A DNA stretch of 63,860 bases, counting the filler, from Lama guanicoe (taxonomy: Eukaryota): NCBI GenBank assembly GCA_013239625.1. It is 193 parts of 193 records of this genome, joined end to end, with 100 filler letters (N's around TTAATTAATTAA, not from the genome) between each part and the next. Parts side by side here need not be neighbours in the genome. Positions count along the whole stretch, not along the records: positions 51,349 to 51,579 come from PNXV01044179.1; positions 51,680 to 51,911 come from PNXV01044180.1; positions 52,012 to 52,243 come from PNXV01044181.1; positions 52,344 to 52,575 come from PNXV01044182.1; positions 52,676 to 52,907 come from PNXV01044183.1; positions 53,008 to 53,239 come from PNXV01044184.1; positions 53,340 to 53,571 come from PNXV01044185.1; positions 53,672 to 53,903 come from PNXV01044186.1; 185 more parts are not named here. One strand, 5' to 3'. Under the pieces are notes generated by a model, which was not told the origin of the DNA, searched no databases, and worked only from the letters and a program-made list of their open reading frames with translations. Position numbers and translations under genes: made by a program. Numbering within the stretch: position 1 is the first letter of the stretch; every line of letters begins with the position of its first letter. Positions 51,349-62,866 of the stretch are shown one piece after another.

Positions 51349-51560
51349 TTTGAGGAATCTCCATACTGTTTTCCACAGGGGCTGCACCAATTTACATCCC
51401 CACCAATAATGCAAGAGGGAACCCTTTTGTCCATATCCTCACCAACACTTGTTATTTCTTGTCTTTTTGATGACAGCCATTGTGACAGGTGTGAGGTGAT
51501 GTCCCATTGCAATTTTAATTTGCATTGTCTGATGACTAGTGAAGTTGAGCATTTTCTCTG
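51349..51560 (-). mobile_element. L1 ORF2 C-terminal fragment
   Basis: ttgaggaatctccatactgttttccac...ggctgcaccaatttacatccccaccaa...ttaatttgcatt is canonical antisense L1. Confidence 0.93.
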
Positions 51561-51679
51561 TCATTCTAGAAGTTCCCCTNNNNNNNNNNNNNNNNNNNNN
51601 NNNNNNNNNNNNNNNNNNNNNNNTTAATTAATTAANNNNNNNNNNNNNNNNNNNNNNNNNNNNNNNNNNNNNNNNNNNN

Positions 51680-51911
51680 CCTTGCTCCTGAGACTGAAGA
51701 TGATGGGGCTGAGGAAGGGAGTGAGGACCGTGTAGGTGATGCCCATCAGCGTGTCTCCTTCCAGAGACTGGGGAATCTTGGGCTTGAGGTAGATGACGGA
51801 GGCGAAGCCATAGTGCACAACCACCACGGTGAGGTGGGACGCACAGGTGGAGAAGGCCTTGTGCCGGCCCTCAGCAGAGGGGATCCTCAAGATGGTGGCC
51901 ACAATGAAGGC
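51680..51911 (-). CDS. Olfactory receptor, family 10H-like, TM5-TM7 fragment (open frame)
   Basis: AFIVATILRIPSAEGRHKAFSTCASHLTVVVVHYGFASVIYLKPKIPQSLEGDTLMGITYTVLTPFLSPIIFSLRSK. It carries the KAFSTCASHL motif and the OR10H-type TLMGITYTVLTPFLSPIIFSLR. Confidence 0.95.
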
Positions 51912-54900
51912 NNNNNNNNNNNNNNNNNNNNNNNNNNNNNNNNNNNNNNNNNNNNTTAATTAATTAANNNNNNNNNNNNNNNNNNNNNNNNNNNNNNNNN
52001 NNNNNNNNNNNCATCATCTTTGGCTTCTCTCTCTCCCCTCAACTCTTTCCCCACACACCCACGATGGTCCAAGTACCTCACAGGCATGCTTACCTGTGGT
52101 CATATGCCGCAGCTCTCTGTTGCAGAGCCAGGTATAGGCTCCCACACATTGTGACACTAACAAATTTGTCCTCCCTTTCCCTTCTTCTTAGCACGACTCT
52201 CATCACTCCTCACCCCGGAGATATCTTCTCATCCTCCATGAAGNNNNNNNNNNNNNNNNNNNNNNNNNNNNNNNNNNNNNNNNNNNNTTAATTAATTAAN
52301 NNNNNNNNNNNNNNNNNNNNNNNNNNNNNNNNNNNNNNNNNNNCAGGCAACCGCTTCACGTGAAGCCGCTCCCAGGCAGGCAGGAGGCTCCCTGTCATTT
52401 GCCTTTTTGACTCGTGTGATTTAGGTCGGTTGCTTACCCCCTCTGACGCCTGTTTTCATAGGCTCTGTCAGCACGGTAAGCAGGCTTGTTCCAATACAAG
52501 AGAGTCACCGGAAGGAACGTGGGGACGTGTATCCCCCGACTTCCACTGCCCCTCTTCGGGCTTCTGAGGCTGGTGNNNNNNNNNNNNNNNNNNNNNNNNN
52601 NNNNNNNNNNNNNNNNNNNTTAATTAATTAANNNNNNNNNNNNNNNNNNNNNNNNNNNNNNNNNNNNNNNNNNNNTCTCACTGGAAGTTTATTCCTTTTG
52701 GCTACCTCCATCCAGTTCTTCCTCCTCTGAACACCTGCCTCTGGTAAACCCAAATCTGATCTCTTATTGTATGAGTTTGTTTACATACTTCTTCATATGT
52801 TTTTGAAGTACAGTTGACTTACAACACTACATTAGTTACCAGTATACAGCATAGTGAGTCCATGTTTCTATACATTTTAAGATGGTCACCACTATCAGTC
52901 TAGTTATNNNNNNNNNNNNNNNNNNNNNNNNNNNNNNNNNNNNNNNNNNNNTTAATTAATTAANNNNNNNNNNNNNNNNNNNNNNNNNNNNNNNNNNNNN
53001 NNNNNNNTGCTGGGAGACCAGGACAAACACCTCTGAGATAGAGGGCAGTTGCCCTGTGGATGGTAAGGATGCTCAGATGCCTGCATTGATTGCAGAGCTC
53101 AGAATTCTTTCCCGGATGGGTGACCCCTGCAGAGCTCAGGAAGCAGGCATCCTGGAGGGGATTTTTCCATAAGGTCTTCAAGGGCTGGGGAAGGGAAGGG
53201 GCCTGAAGAGAAAGAATATCTTCACTGGGCTGCCTAACTNNNNNNNNNNNNNNNNNNNNNNNNNNNNNNNNNNNNNNNNNNNNTTAATTAATTAANNNNN
53301 NNNNNNNNNNNNNNNNNNNNNNNNNNNNNNNNNNNNNNNACTGGGGAGAGTACCAAAGTAGGCAGGAGCCCTGCTCGCTCTTTCACTCTTGTCTTTGCTG
53401 CTGGATTCCATGTTGGATCTTCTTTATCCCTACAGCTCATCATGCCCGTGCAGGCTCTCCGTGTGTGTGTGTGCGTGCGCGCACGCACGCGTGCACATGC
53501 ACACAGAACGTCTGTCTTTCTTTCTCACTAGAATGTAAACTCCATGAGGGTAGGGTCTGTGAATGGTCTTGNNNNNNNNNNNNNNNNNNNNNNNNNNNNN
53601 NNNNNNNNNNNNNNNTTAATTAATTAANNNNNNNNNNNNNNNNNNNNNNNNNNNNNNNNNNNNNNNNNNNNGGAGAGGAAAAGAAAAACCCACGTCCAAT
53701 GGCAGGATTAGTATGTCAGAGCACATCCTCCGCGATCTGATTGGATAAAAGAGCCTAACGTGTATGTCCGTTGTCCTTAAGTCGTCAGGGAGTGAGACAA
53801 GAATCCTAGGTGACAGCCAGCTTTTCCTCTGGTGCTGGAAACATCTGTCCGGGTGATGGGCTCTGGGACCCCTTTCTGCCGTGAGCTTGTTTTGAGGGGC
53901 TTTNNNNNNNNNNNNNNNNNNNNNNNNNNNNNNNNNNNNNNNNNNNNTTAATTAATTAANNNNNNNNNNNNNNNNNNNNNNNNNNNNNNNNNNNNNNNNN
54001 NNNATACTGCTACCTACATTCAGCAAAGACCGCTGATTTCATATTTAAGTGTAATTTCTAAAAGTGCAAAGCTGTATTAGTACTGCTGTGTAAATTAATC
54101 TTTTGACACGTGACTGCCAAAAAAACAAATAAAATCAGGGTGCCACCGGTGGGAGGGCAAACTGCATATGGACGGAAAAAAGGGGGCTTTTTGAGGACAC
54201 AGTTGCACAACTCTAGAAATAGCTAAAATGGCTGANNNNNNNNNNNNNNNNNNNNNNNNNNNNNNNNNNNNNNNNNNNNTTAATTAATTAANNNNNNNNN
54301 NNNNNNNNNNNNNNNNNNNNNNNNNNNNNNNNNNNGGTCCATAACGGGCTGAGCAGGGTTCTTTGAAGGAGCCTGGCTTGGCAGCCCAAGGTCAAGCCTG
54401 GATGGGGAAGAGGGCTCAAAGGAACGCAGCAAAAGTTTAGTCAGAGAGAGTCCTGGTTGTGGGCACGTGTTTGAGTCCTGAGAACAGACGCTGTCGTCGG
54501 CCCCTGCAGGCAGACTCACACAAGCCACTGGGGGCGGCGGAGCAAGGATTCAAAGCCAGTCATGGTGNNNNNNNNNNNNNNNNNNNNNNNNNNNNNNNNN
54601 NNNNNNNNNNNTTAATTAATTAANNNNNNNNNNNNNNNNNNNNNNNNNNNNNNNNNNNNNNNNNNNNATGCTAAATGCGAAAGCAGATTTATTTTAAAGA
54701 TATATTTAATATATTAGTATCATATACGAAAAACAATGCTGTTAGTCTATTAATGTAATTGTGACTCAAACTTCACTTTTGTTTAAAGAAAATCTTGCCA
54801 AGCAGCTTTTTAAAAAGCAACATGAAGCCAACTGCATATAACAAAGCCAATGGAAATAAACTCCCATGCTATGCTAATCACCTTTATGGGTTTTTTTTTN

Positions 54901-55995
54901 NNNNNNNNNNNNNNNNNNNNNNNNNNNNNNNNNNNNNNNNNNNTTAATTAATTAANNNNNNNNNNNNNNNNNNNNNNNNNNNNNNNNNNNNNNNNNNNNT
55001 ATTTCCAGAAATATTTCATATAAAAATACATATTTGTTTTTTGAAGTTACTCTAAATATATGTTTAATATCCTAGTAATGTATATAGGATTTGATATTTA
55101 TGCCAACCTCACAGTAATTTTAAATGGTATTCTATTTTTAATTTTTCTTTCTAATTATTTTTTACTAGCATATATAAATACAATTGATTTTTATTTGATG
55201 ATCTGTATTTTTAAAACTTCATAAACTCATTNNNNNNNNNNNNNNNNNNNNNNNNNNNNNNNNNNNNNNNNNNNNTTAATTAATTAANNNNNNNNNNNNN
55301 NNNNNNNNNNNNNNNNNNNNNNNNNNNNNNNTTTTCTCTTTATTTTTTGTTTTGTTTTCCTGATTTTAAGCCTGTTTTAGCTTCCTGAACCATCTTGTTT
55401 TAACTTCTTTTGTTCCCTTATACTCTCTCTTTTTTTAATGTGTTCTGTTTTGTTGTACATGGAAATTAATTCTCTACCTTACAAACTATTCCCAGATGTC
55501 TGTGGCTGCTACGTTTACCTCCATGTAAAGCAATTGGCCCCATGATTGGAGGCTGTACTTAAGNNNNNNNNNNNNNNNNNNNNNNNNNNNNNNNNNNNNN
55601 NNNNNNNTTAATTAATTAANNNNNNNNNNNNNNNNNNNNNNNNNNNNNNNNNNNNNNNNNNNNAATGTGCCTATGCAGGTCCCACAGGGGCGAGGTAACC
55701 CGGGCATTTGGCTGGGCAGCATTCCAGTGACTGGCCCCATGAAGGGTGGAAGTGATGCAGAGGATGAGGGAGGCTCTGGGACTCGAGGGCCAAAAGGCCA
55801 GGGCCCTCCCCCTCGGGCCCTGTGAGGAGCCGCAGGTCTGCTGACACAGGTGGGAGTGTGGACCCTGTCCCTCCAGCCCACACTCCACACGACCCNNNNN
55901 NNNNNNNNNNNNNNNNNNNNNNNNNNNNNNNNNNNNNNNTTAATTAATTAANNNNNNNNNNNNNNNNNNNNNNNNNNNNNNNNNNNNNNNNNNNN

Positions 55996-56227
55996 CTCTG
56001 TTTCGGCATTTGCCTATTCTGATGTCTTACATCAATGGAATTGTGTAATCTGCAGTCTTTGGTGACTGACCTTCTGCTCACCATGGTGTTTTCAAGGTCC
56101 ATCCATGCTGCAGTCAGTATCAGTACGCCATCCCTTTCCATTTTCTTCTTTGCCTTCCTTCCTATGGCTGAATAGCAGCCCGCTGTATGGATGTACCACA
56201 TTTTGTTTATCTGCTCATCAGTTGATG
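55996..56227 (-). mobile_element. L1MB-type 3' fragment
   Basis: tttgcctattctgatgtc...gactgaccttct...ttttcaaggtccatccatgctgcag...tatggctgaatagc...gtaccacattttgtttatc. Confidence 0.9.
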
Positions 56228-57336
56228 NNNNNNNNNNNNNNNNNNNNNNNNNNNNNNNNNNNNNNNNNNNNTTAATTAATTAANNNNNNNNNNNNNNNNN
56301 NNNNNNNNNNNNNNNNNNNNNNNNNNNTTTTCCCAGGCTAGCGGGTTCCAAGGCACGCACCACAGAAGCCCCGCGTTCTCCCTGGGCCCACGTCAAATCC
56401 TCTACAGGGACTGACTTTCACTTCCTCCGTGTGCGTCCTTAACTGCTTCTAAAACTGAAAAGTAAAAGAGTACATTCAAAGACGTTAACTGTCAACATAC
56501 AAATCGTTGGATGTCACCAAAGTCTTCGCTTCAACTGCTAGGTTAGTGTATCTTAACATNNNNNNNNNNNNNNNNNNNNNNNNNNNNNNNNNNNNNNNNN
56601 NNNTTAATTAATTAANNNNNNNNNNNNNNNNNNNNNNNNNNNNNNNNNNNNNNNNNNNNTACGCTGAGTGTCTCCAACATGTAGAGGGAGACACAGATGC
56701 CCATTTCGCATTACTCCGGATGAATGAGTGATCGCTTTATCACAACGTAATGCTGAAAATACCAGCGTATCATTAAATACTACAGTGATGCTGTGTATTA
56801 CGTGGTGTTGTAACATTAGGCTGAGGTGGAAGAGCCATAGATGCCGTTCCCCACCTCTGTCGTTTTGTTTGGGTCTCTGGATGGAACTCACNNNNNNNNN
56901 NNNNNNNNNNNNNNNNNNNNNNNNNNNNNNNNNNNTTAATTAATTAANNNNNNNNNNNNNNNNNNNNNNNNNNNNNNNNNNNNNNNNNNNNTATTTTTTA
57001 AAACAAATTACCCATAACCATTTAAAAATTCTTCCAGATGGCGGGATTTTGGTGAAAGAAAGAAAATATCATCTTATTTTAGGTGCTTGATTCCAGTGTT
57101 GGTAAAATATAATACTTAAAAACAAAAATGATTATCTAAAATTTAAAAATAATGGATCTTATATCCCTAGAGAATGTCACTTTAAGTGAAGTAAGCAAAA
57201 AAAGAAAGAAAAATACCATATCANNNNNNNNNNNNNNNNNNNNNNNNNNNNNNNNNNNNNNNNNNNNTTAATTAATTAANNNNNNNNNNNNNNNNNNNNN
57301 NNNNNNNNNNNNNNNNNNNNNNNGCTTGGTAGGGCA

Positions 57337-57465
57337 CAGATTGCTGGCCCCGCCCCTAAAGAGTCTGATTCCACAGGTCTAGGGTGGGGCTGAGAGGTGC
57401 ATCTCTAACGAGTTTCAGGTGATGCTGATGTGAGTGAGCCAAGAACCATACTTGGAGAGCCACTG
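57337..57465. mobile_element. MER5A fragment
   Basis: cagattgctggccccgcccc...ctgattccacaggtctagggtggggctgaga...gcatctctaacgagtttcaggtgatgctgatg...gagagccactg. Confidence 0.85.
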
Positions 57466-57986
57466 TTTTGCTGGGTGAAACAGAAGGCAGGTGAAAGTCA
57501 CTGATGTGAGGAGCTGGAGATCTCGCGAGGCTTAGGTCATCTGTCATCCATAAAANNNNNNNNNNNNNNNNNNNNNNNNNNNNNNNNNNNNNNNNNNNNT
57601 TAATTAATTAANNNNNNNNNNNNNNNNNNNNNNNNNNNNNNNNNNNNNNNNNNNNGGGGGCCGGGTGTGCGGAGGCGGGATGACACGGGTCTCCTCGCTT
57701 TATGAGCAGTGTGGTTTCCACGAGTTAAGCTTCCTGCCAGGGACCATTTTTGTGCTTTGTTTTTCTCCTTCTTAAGTAATAACTAAATCTCTTTTCAAAC
57801 TAGAAATTTAATTTTCTGCGGTTTTTGTTTTGTTTTGATGTGTTGAAGTATAGTTGATTTACAATGTTGTGTTAGTTTCTGGTATANNNNNNNNNNNNNN
57901 NNNNNNNNNNNNNNNNNNNNNNNNNNNNNNTTAATTAATTAANNNNNNNNNNNNNNNNNNNNNNNNNNNNNNNNNNNNNNNNNNNN

Positions 57987-58126
57987 GCGTTTACCACCAT
58001 TTGCATTGTGTTAGGGATTACAGGTCACCTGGAGACGAGCTGAAGTGTACAGGAGGGTGTGTGTAGGTTCTGGGCGGACACACACTGTTCTGTAAGGGAC
58101 TCGAGCATCCGTGGGTTTTGTATCTG
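57987..58126 (+). mobile_element. MER2 (TcMar-Tigger) fragment, GC-shifted
   Basis: catttgcattgtgttagggattacaggtcacctggagacgagctgaagtgtacaggagggtgtg...taagggactcgagcatccgtgggttttgtatc is colinear with the MER2 3' end. Confidence 0.75.
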
Positions 58127-59646
58127 AGTGACTGTCATAGGATTTTATCTTTTAAAGATCACCCTAGTATCTGTTCCGGAAAGGGTTTCGGTGGAGCAGG
58201 AGTGGCCTGGAGGAGACCNNNNNNNNNNNNNNNNNNNNNNNNNNNNNNNNNNNNNNNNNNNNTTAATTAATTAANNNNNNNNNNNNNNNNNNNNNNNNNN
58301 NNNNNNNNNNNNNNNNNNCGGTAACCACTAGTTTGTTCTTTGTATCTGTGAGTCTGCGTTTTTGTTATATTCACTAGTTTGTTGTATTTTTTAGATTGCA
58401 TATGTAAGTGATACCATGTAGTATTTGTCTCATATATTGATGTTTAGATTGGCCCCTCTTTTTGTTCATGGAATAATTCGTCTCTGTACTTTTTTGGGGG
58501 TCTATCCCCTATATCCTGTTGCTGTTCCAGACATCAGCTGTGACATCTTTNNNNNNNNNNNNNNNNNNNNNNNNNNNNNNNNNNNNNNNNNNNNTTAATT
58601 AATTAANNNNNNNNNNNNNNNNNNNNNNNNNNNNNNNNNNNNNNNNNNNNTCCCAGCACCTCGGTCAGGGGCTGTGTTCCTGCCCGAAAGGCGGGGGGCA
58701 GTTCTCCTTCTATCTGCACCGCAGGTAGCCCCGCTGCTCTCTGCGGTTGCGCGCTCTGCCCTGGTCGGGCGGAACGACGCTCCGCATGTGGGCTCAGGGA
58801 AGGCCGAGGGAAAGCCTTGTCCCTGCTCCGAGTCAAAACCCAGCTCCTTGTTGGTCTTTGTGGAGCAAGTTCTCCGAGGGACNNNNNNNNNNNNNNNNNN
58901 NNNNNNNNNNNNNNNNNNNNNNNNNNTTAATTAATTAANNNNNNNNNNNNNNNNNNNNNNNNNNNNNNNNNNNNNNNNNNNNCAGAAGTCTAAGAGACAC
59001 ACATACCCTTTTATAAAAGTGTGTTCCCCGTTAATCTATCCCTTATATCTACAATCTACTATTAGGAATTAAATTATTTTCTTTTGAGTCTTCTTCCTAT
59101 TAAAATGCAATCAAGAGAAGCAGTGTACCAGTGTACTATAGAAGTAAACAGCCTCAAAATCTCAGTGACTTAAATAACCAAAGTTTATAACCTCTCATAC
59201 TATATGTTCAGTGTNNNNNNNNNNNNNNNNNNNNNNNNNNNNNNNNNNNNNNNNNNNNTTAATTAATTAANNNNNNNNNNNNNNNNNNNNNNNNNNNNNN
59301 NNNNNNNNNNNNNNTTTGTATTAACCGTGGGTTCCATCTGACTTTCCATTCCTCGAACTTTGTCCTTATCTGTCAAGATTCACTCATGTACTCTGAGCCC
59401 CTGGATTCTCCACGTGAATTTTAGATTGATTGTCTATGCCTGCAAAACGCCACCTGGGATTTGGGTAGGCATTCTTTGAATGCTTAGATCTATTCTTGGA
59501 CTATTGTCATCTTAGTAAAATGAAGCCCTCTGCTCCATGAATATGGNNNNNNNNNNNNNNNNNNNNNNNNNNNNNNNNNNNNNNNNNNNNTTAATTAATT
59601 AANNNNNNNNNNNNNNNNNNNNNNNNNNNNNNNNNNNNNNNNNNNN

Positions 59647-59878
59647 GCGTGTGCTCAGCACCCACGGGGTCCCGGGTTCAATCCCCAGCACCTCCGTATA
59701 AACAAATAAATAAACCTAATTAATACCCCCCTAAATCTCTTGAACTTAAGTATGAAACAGAAACAGGCTCACAGACACAGAATAGAGACTTGTGGTTGCC
59801 ACGGAGGGAGGGGGATGGGGAGGGACAGACGGGGAGTTTGAGATCTGCAGATCCTTACTGGTAGGTACAAAACAGATA
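59647..59878 (+). mobile_element. Vic-1-type SINE 3' half (to ~59735) directly followed by L1 3' UTR sequence
   Basis: B box ggttcaatcc and tail aaataaataaacctaatta, then aaacagaaacaggctcacagacacagaa...ttgtggttgcca...ggagtttgagat, which parallels 62040-62145. Confidence 0.75.
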
Positions 59879-61970
59879 NNNNNNNNNNNNNNNNNNNNNN
59901 NNNNNNNNNNNNNNNNNNNNNNTTAATTAATTAANNNNNNNNNNNNNNNNNNNNNNNNNNNNNNNNNNNNNNNNNNNNTGAATAAGATTTTGTCATTTTA
60001 ATTGATGTGTTTCATTTAACCAGAAAACTCTTGTAGGCACACTGCTCTGCCCTCTATCCACCAGTGTTCGATGGGTGAAGCATTTCTGGGTTCATGTGGA
60101 AATCTTTACCACGGAAGAAAAGCAGAGACGGTTTCCCACGTCATTGCGAGATTCAGGCAGCGGACTCTCCCGGCCTCCCTCCCCTGCTCTGAGGGACCAG
60201 AAGGGAGGTGNNNNNNNNNNNNNNNNNNNNNNNNNNNNNNNNNNNNNNNNNNNNTTAATTAATTAANNNNNNNNNNNNNNNNNNNNNNNNNNNNNNNNNN
60301 NNNNNNNNNNGGACTATGAGTGAGAAGAGGGTCTCTGTCAACTAACAGTCTCTTTACAAACCCAATATTAGAAAAGCTCTTTAAAGAAACTTTTGGTATC
60401 TTCCTTGTGTTTCTGTAATCCCTCTAGATTTTGTGATTTTAATCTATGCATCAGAAACACAGATGCTCTTGAAATCTGTATTGATTTTCAATAAAGAAAA
60501 TCCTCAATTTCCTTCTCTGCTAAGAAAATTACTGCACTTTATNNNNNNNNNNNNNNNNNNNNNNNNNNNNNNNNNNNNNNNNNNNNTTAATTAATTAANN
60601 NNNNNNNNNNNNNNNNNNNNNNNNNNNNNNNNNNNNNNNNNNAAGAATGTACTTCTTATACACCAAATGTATATATTTGATTTCCACAGCTGGTGATTGA
60701 AATTGGCACAGCTTCCCCTACAGGGGCCCATGCCAGTCTCCAGCTCCTGCGCTACTTGGCTCCATCAGACGCCCCAGAATTGCCTGCTCCCACATGCAGA
60801 GCCTGCACCTACTTAACTGAGATTGGTTCCTATACCTTAGCAACCAGTCAAAAGCTCAAAAAGTAGGGACAGATNNNNNNNNNNNNNNNNNNNNNNNNNN
60901 NNNNNNNNNNNNNNNNNNTTAATTAATTAANNNNNNNNNNNNNNNNNNNNNNNNNNNNNNNNNNNNNNNNNNNNTGATGACCTACCATTTACCATAGTGG
61001 TTCATCCACGTGGCTTCTAAGCCAGAATTCAAGCATATGGCACCCATGTGGCTCACACCCACATTCTCTGTCCTCTGAGGGGTTTCGTGCTGCCCTGCCT
61101 CCTGATACTGTAGAGTGACCCCGGGCTCTGGTTCACCTGCCATCTCTGGGTGAGAGCTGCACAGGCCTTTGTCCCTCCCTGCACACCATGTTCCATCTCT
61201 CCCGCCNNNNNNNNNNNNNNNNNNNNNNNNNNNNNNNNNNNNNNNNNNNNTTAATTAATTAANNNNNNNNNNNNNNNNNNNNNNNNNNNNNNNNNNNNNN
61301 NNNNNNAAAGAGAGCAGAGGAGCTGGAGGAAGAGCTGGGAATATGATTGCCCAGCAGAAGGCTGTGTGTGTCACCTGCACAGGGGCTTGGAGCCGTGTCA
61401 GTGGCGCGGCTTCCTCGCGGGGACCCCGGGCGGAGCGCACCCACCCTGCGGGTGGGGCTGAAGGATTACCACATGCCGGGTGCGGTGCGCGGGGTTCTAC
61501 GAATTTTATTTAAAGATCACAGCAACTGTGGCTGGAAGNNNNNNNNNNNNNNNNNNNNNNNNNNNNNNNNNNNNNNNNNNNNTTAATTAATTAANNNNNN
61601 NNNNNNNNNNNNNNNNNNNNNNNNNNNNNNNNNNNNNNGGGCTGAGTTTTGCTGTTGCTATTGTCACCTTCAGTGCATTGAAGTCTTTGATTTTTGTAGC
61701 AGTTGGTTGCTTTTACTTTGTGTTTAGAGCTGGGATTTGAATGTTGAATGGTTGTTCTCAGTGTTCCTGCTTCTGAATTAGCTATAAGTTATCTCTGTAC
61801 AGCTGAAGCATGGTGGGAGGATGAAAGGTAGTCTCATCCAGGCTCATGAAAGCCAGTGTGCACCTCTCTTNNNNNNNNNNNNNNNNNNNNNNNNNNNNNN
61901 NNNNNNNNNNNNNNTTAATTAATTAANNNNNNNNNNNNNNNNNNNNNNNNNNNNNNNNNNNNNNNNNNNN

Positions 61971-62202
61971 GAAAAATACCATATGATACCACTCATAAGT
62001 GGAATCTAAAAAAAAAAAAAAGAGAGAGAGGACACTAATGAACTCATCTACAAAACAGAAAGAGACTCTCAGACATAGTAAACAATCGTATGGTTACCAG
62101 CAGAAAGGGGGTGGGAAGGGATAAACTTGGGTGTTCGAGATTTATAAATATTTACTATATATAAAATAGATTTTAAAAAAATTTCTTCTGTATAGCACAG
62201 GG
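61971..62202 (+). mobile_element. Lineage-specific L1 3' UTR fragment
   Basis: aaataccatatgataccactcataagtggaatctaaaaa...atgaactcatctacaaaacagaa...tatggttaccag...ctgtatagcacaggg. Confidence 0.9.
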
Positions 62203-62651
62203 NNNNNNNNNNNNNNNNNNNNNNNNNNNNNNNNNNNNNNNNNNNNTTAATTAATTAANNNNNNNNNNNNNNNNNNNNNNNNNNNNNNNNNNNNNNNNNN
62301 NNCTTCGATCACATTTTGTTGACTAGTTTCAGTGCAGATATTTTAAGTCATCCAAGCATGTGGTCTTGAGATTTATTCTTCATTACTTCTATCATTTACT
62401 CTTTTACTGAATACTGTGTATGCCTTCTAAGTGACAATTCTAGAGTGACTCATTCTCCATGCTCCCTCTGTTACTAAATATTCTACATTAATAACTGCAT
62501 GAAATGATTATTTTAACTCCCGAACTCCTCTGGCNNNNNNNNNNNNNNNNNNNNNNNNNNNNNNNNNNNNNNNNNNNNTTAATTAATTAANNNNNNNNNN
62601 NNNNNNNNNNNNNNNNNNNNNNNNNNNNNNNNNNGCTCTGTCTGCATGCAG

Positions 62652-62866
62652 AGCCCGGCCTGGAGGCCCTGACTTGACCATCATGTACAAGGGCCGAACA
62701 GTGCAGCAGGAGGTGGTGGGGCGCCTGGGCTGCGTGCTCCTGTACGGCTCCCCCAGCCTGGCTGCTGAGGCTGCAGAGCCCCAGCGTGTGACCTTCCCCA
62801 GCCCCGATGAGCTGCCCGACCAGAAGCAGCCCACTACACAGAGAAGCTGCAGCAGCACATGGCCCC
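62652..62866 (+). pseudogene. IRF7: IRF7 exon (IRF association domain) with two apparent 1-nt deletions
   Basis: After the acceptor ctgcatgcag: EPGLEAL / LTIMYKGRTVQQEVVGRLGCVLLYGSPSLAAEAAEPQRVTFPSPDELPDQKQ / HYTEKLQQHMAP. This aligns with IRF7 EPSPGALDVTIMYKGRTVLQ...FPSPAELPDQKQLRYTEELLRHVAP. Frame breaks at ~62672 and ~62831. Confidence 0.85.

Noticed and set aside
56660..56891. Possible C/D-box snoRNA (gtgatg...ctga)
   Set aside because: The C box is imperfect, there is no convincing terminal stem, and no rRNA-complementary guide was recognised.
5959..62866. A linked antiviral/retroviral system (ERV gag, ERV pol, KRAB, IRF7)
   Set aside because: The contigs are unlinked and ordered by size. 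The gag is class I and the pol is class II, so they are not even the same virus.
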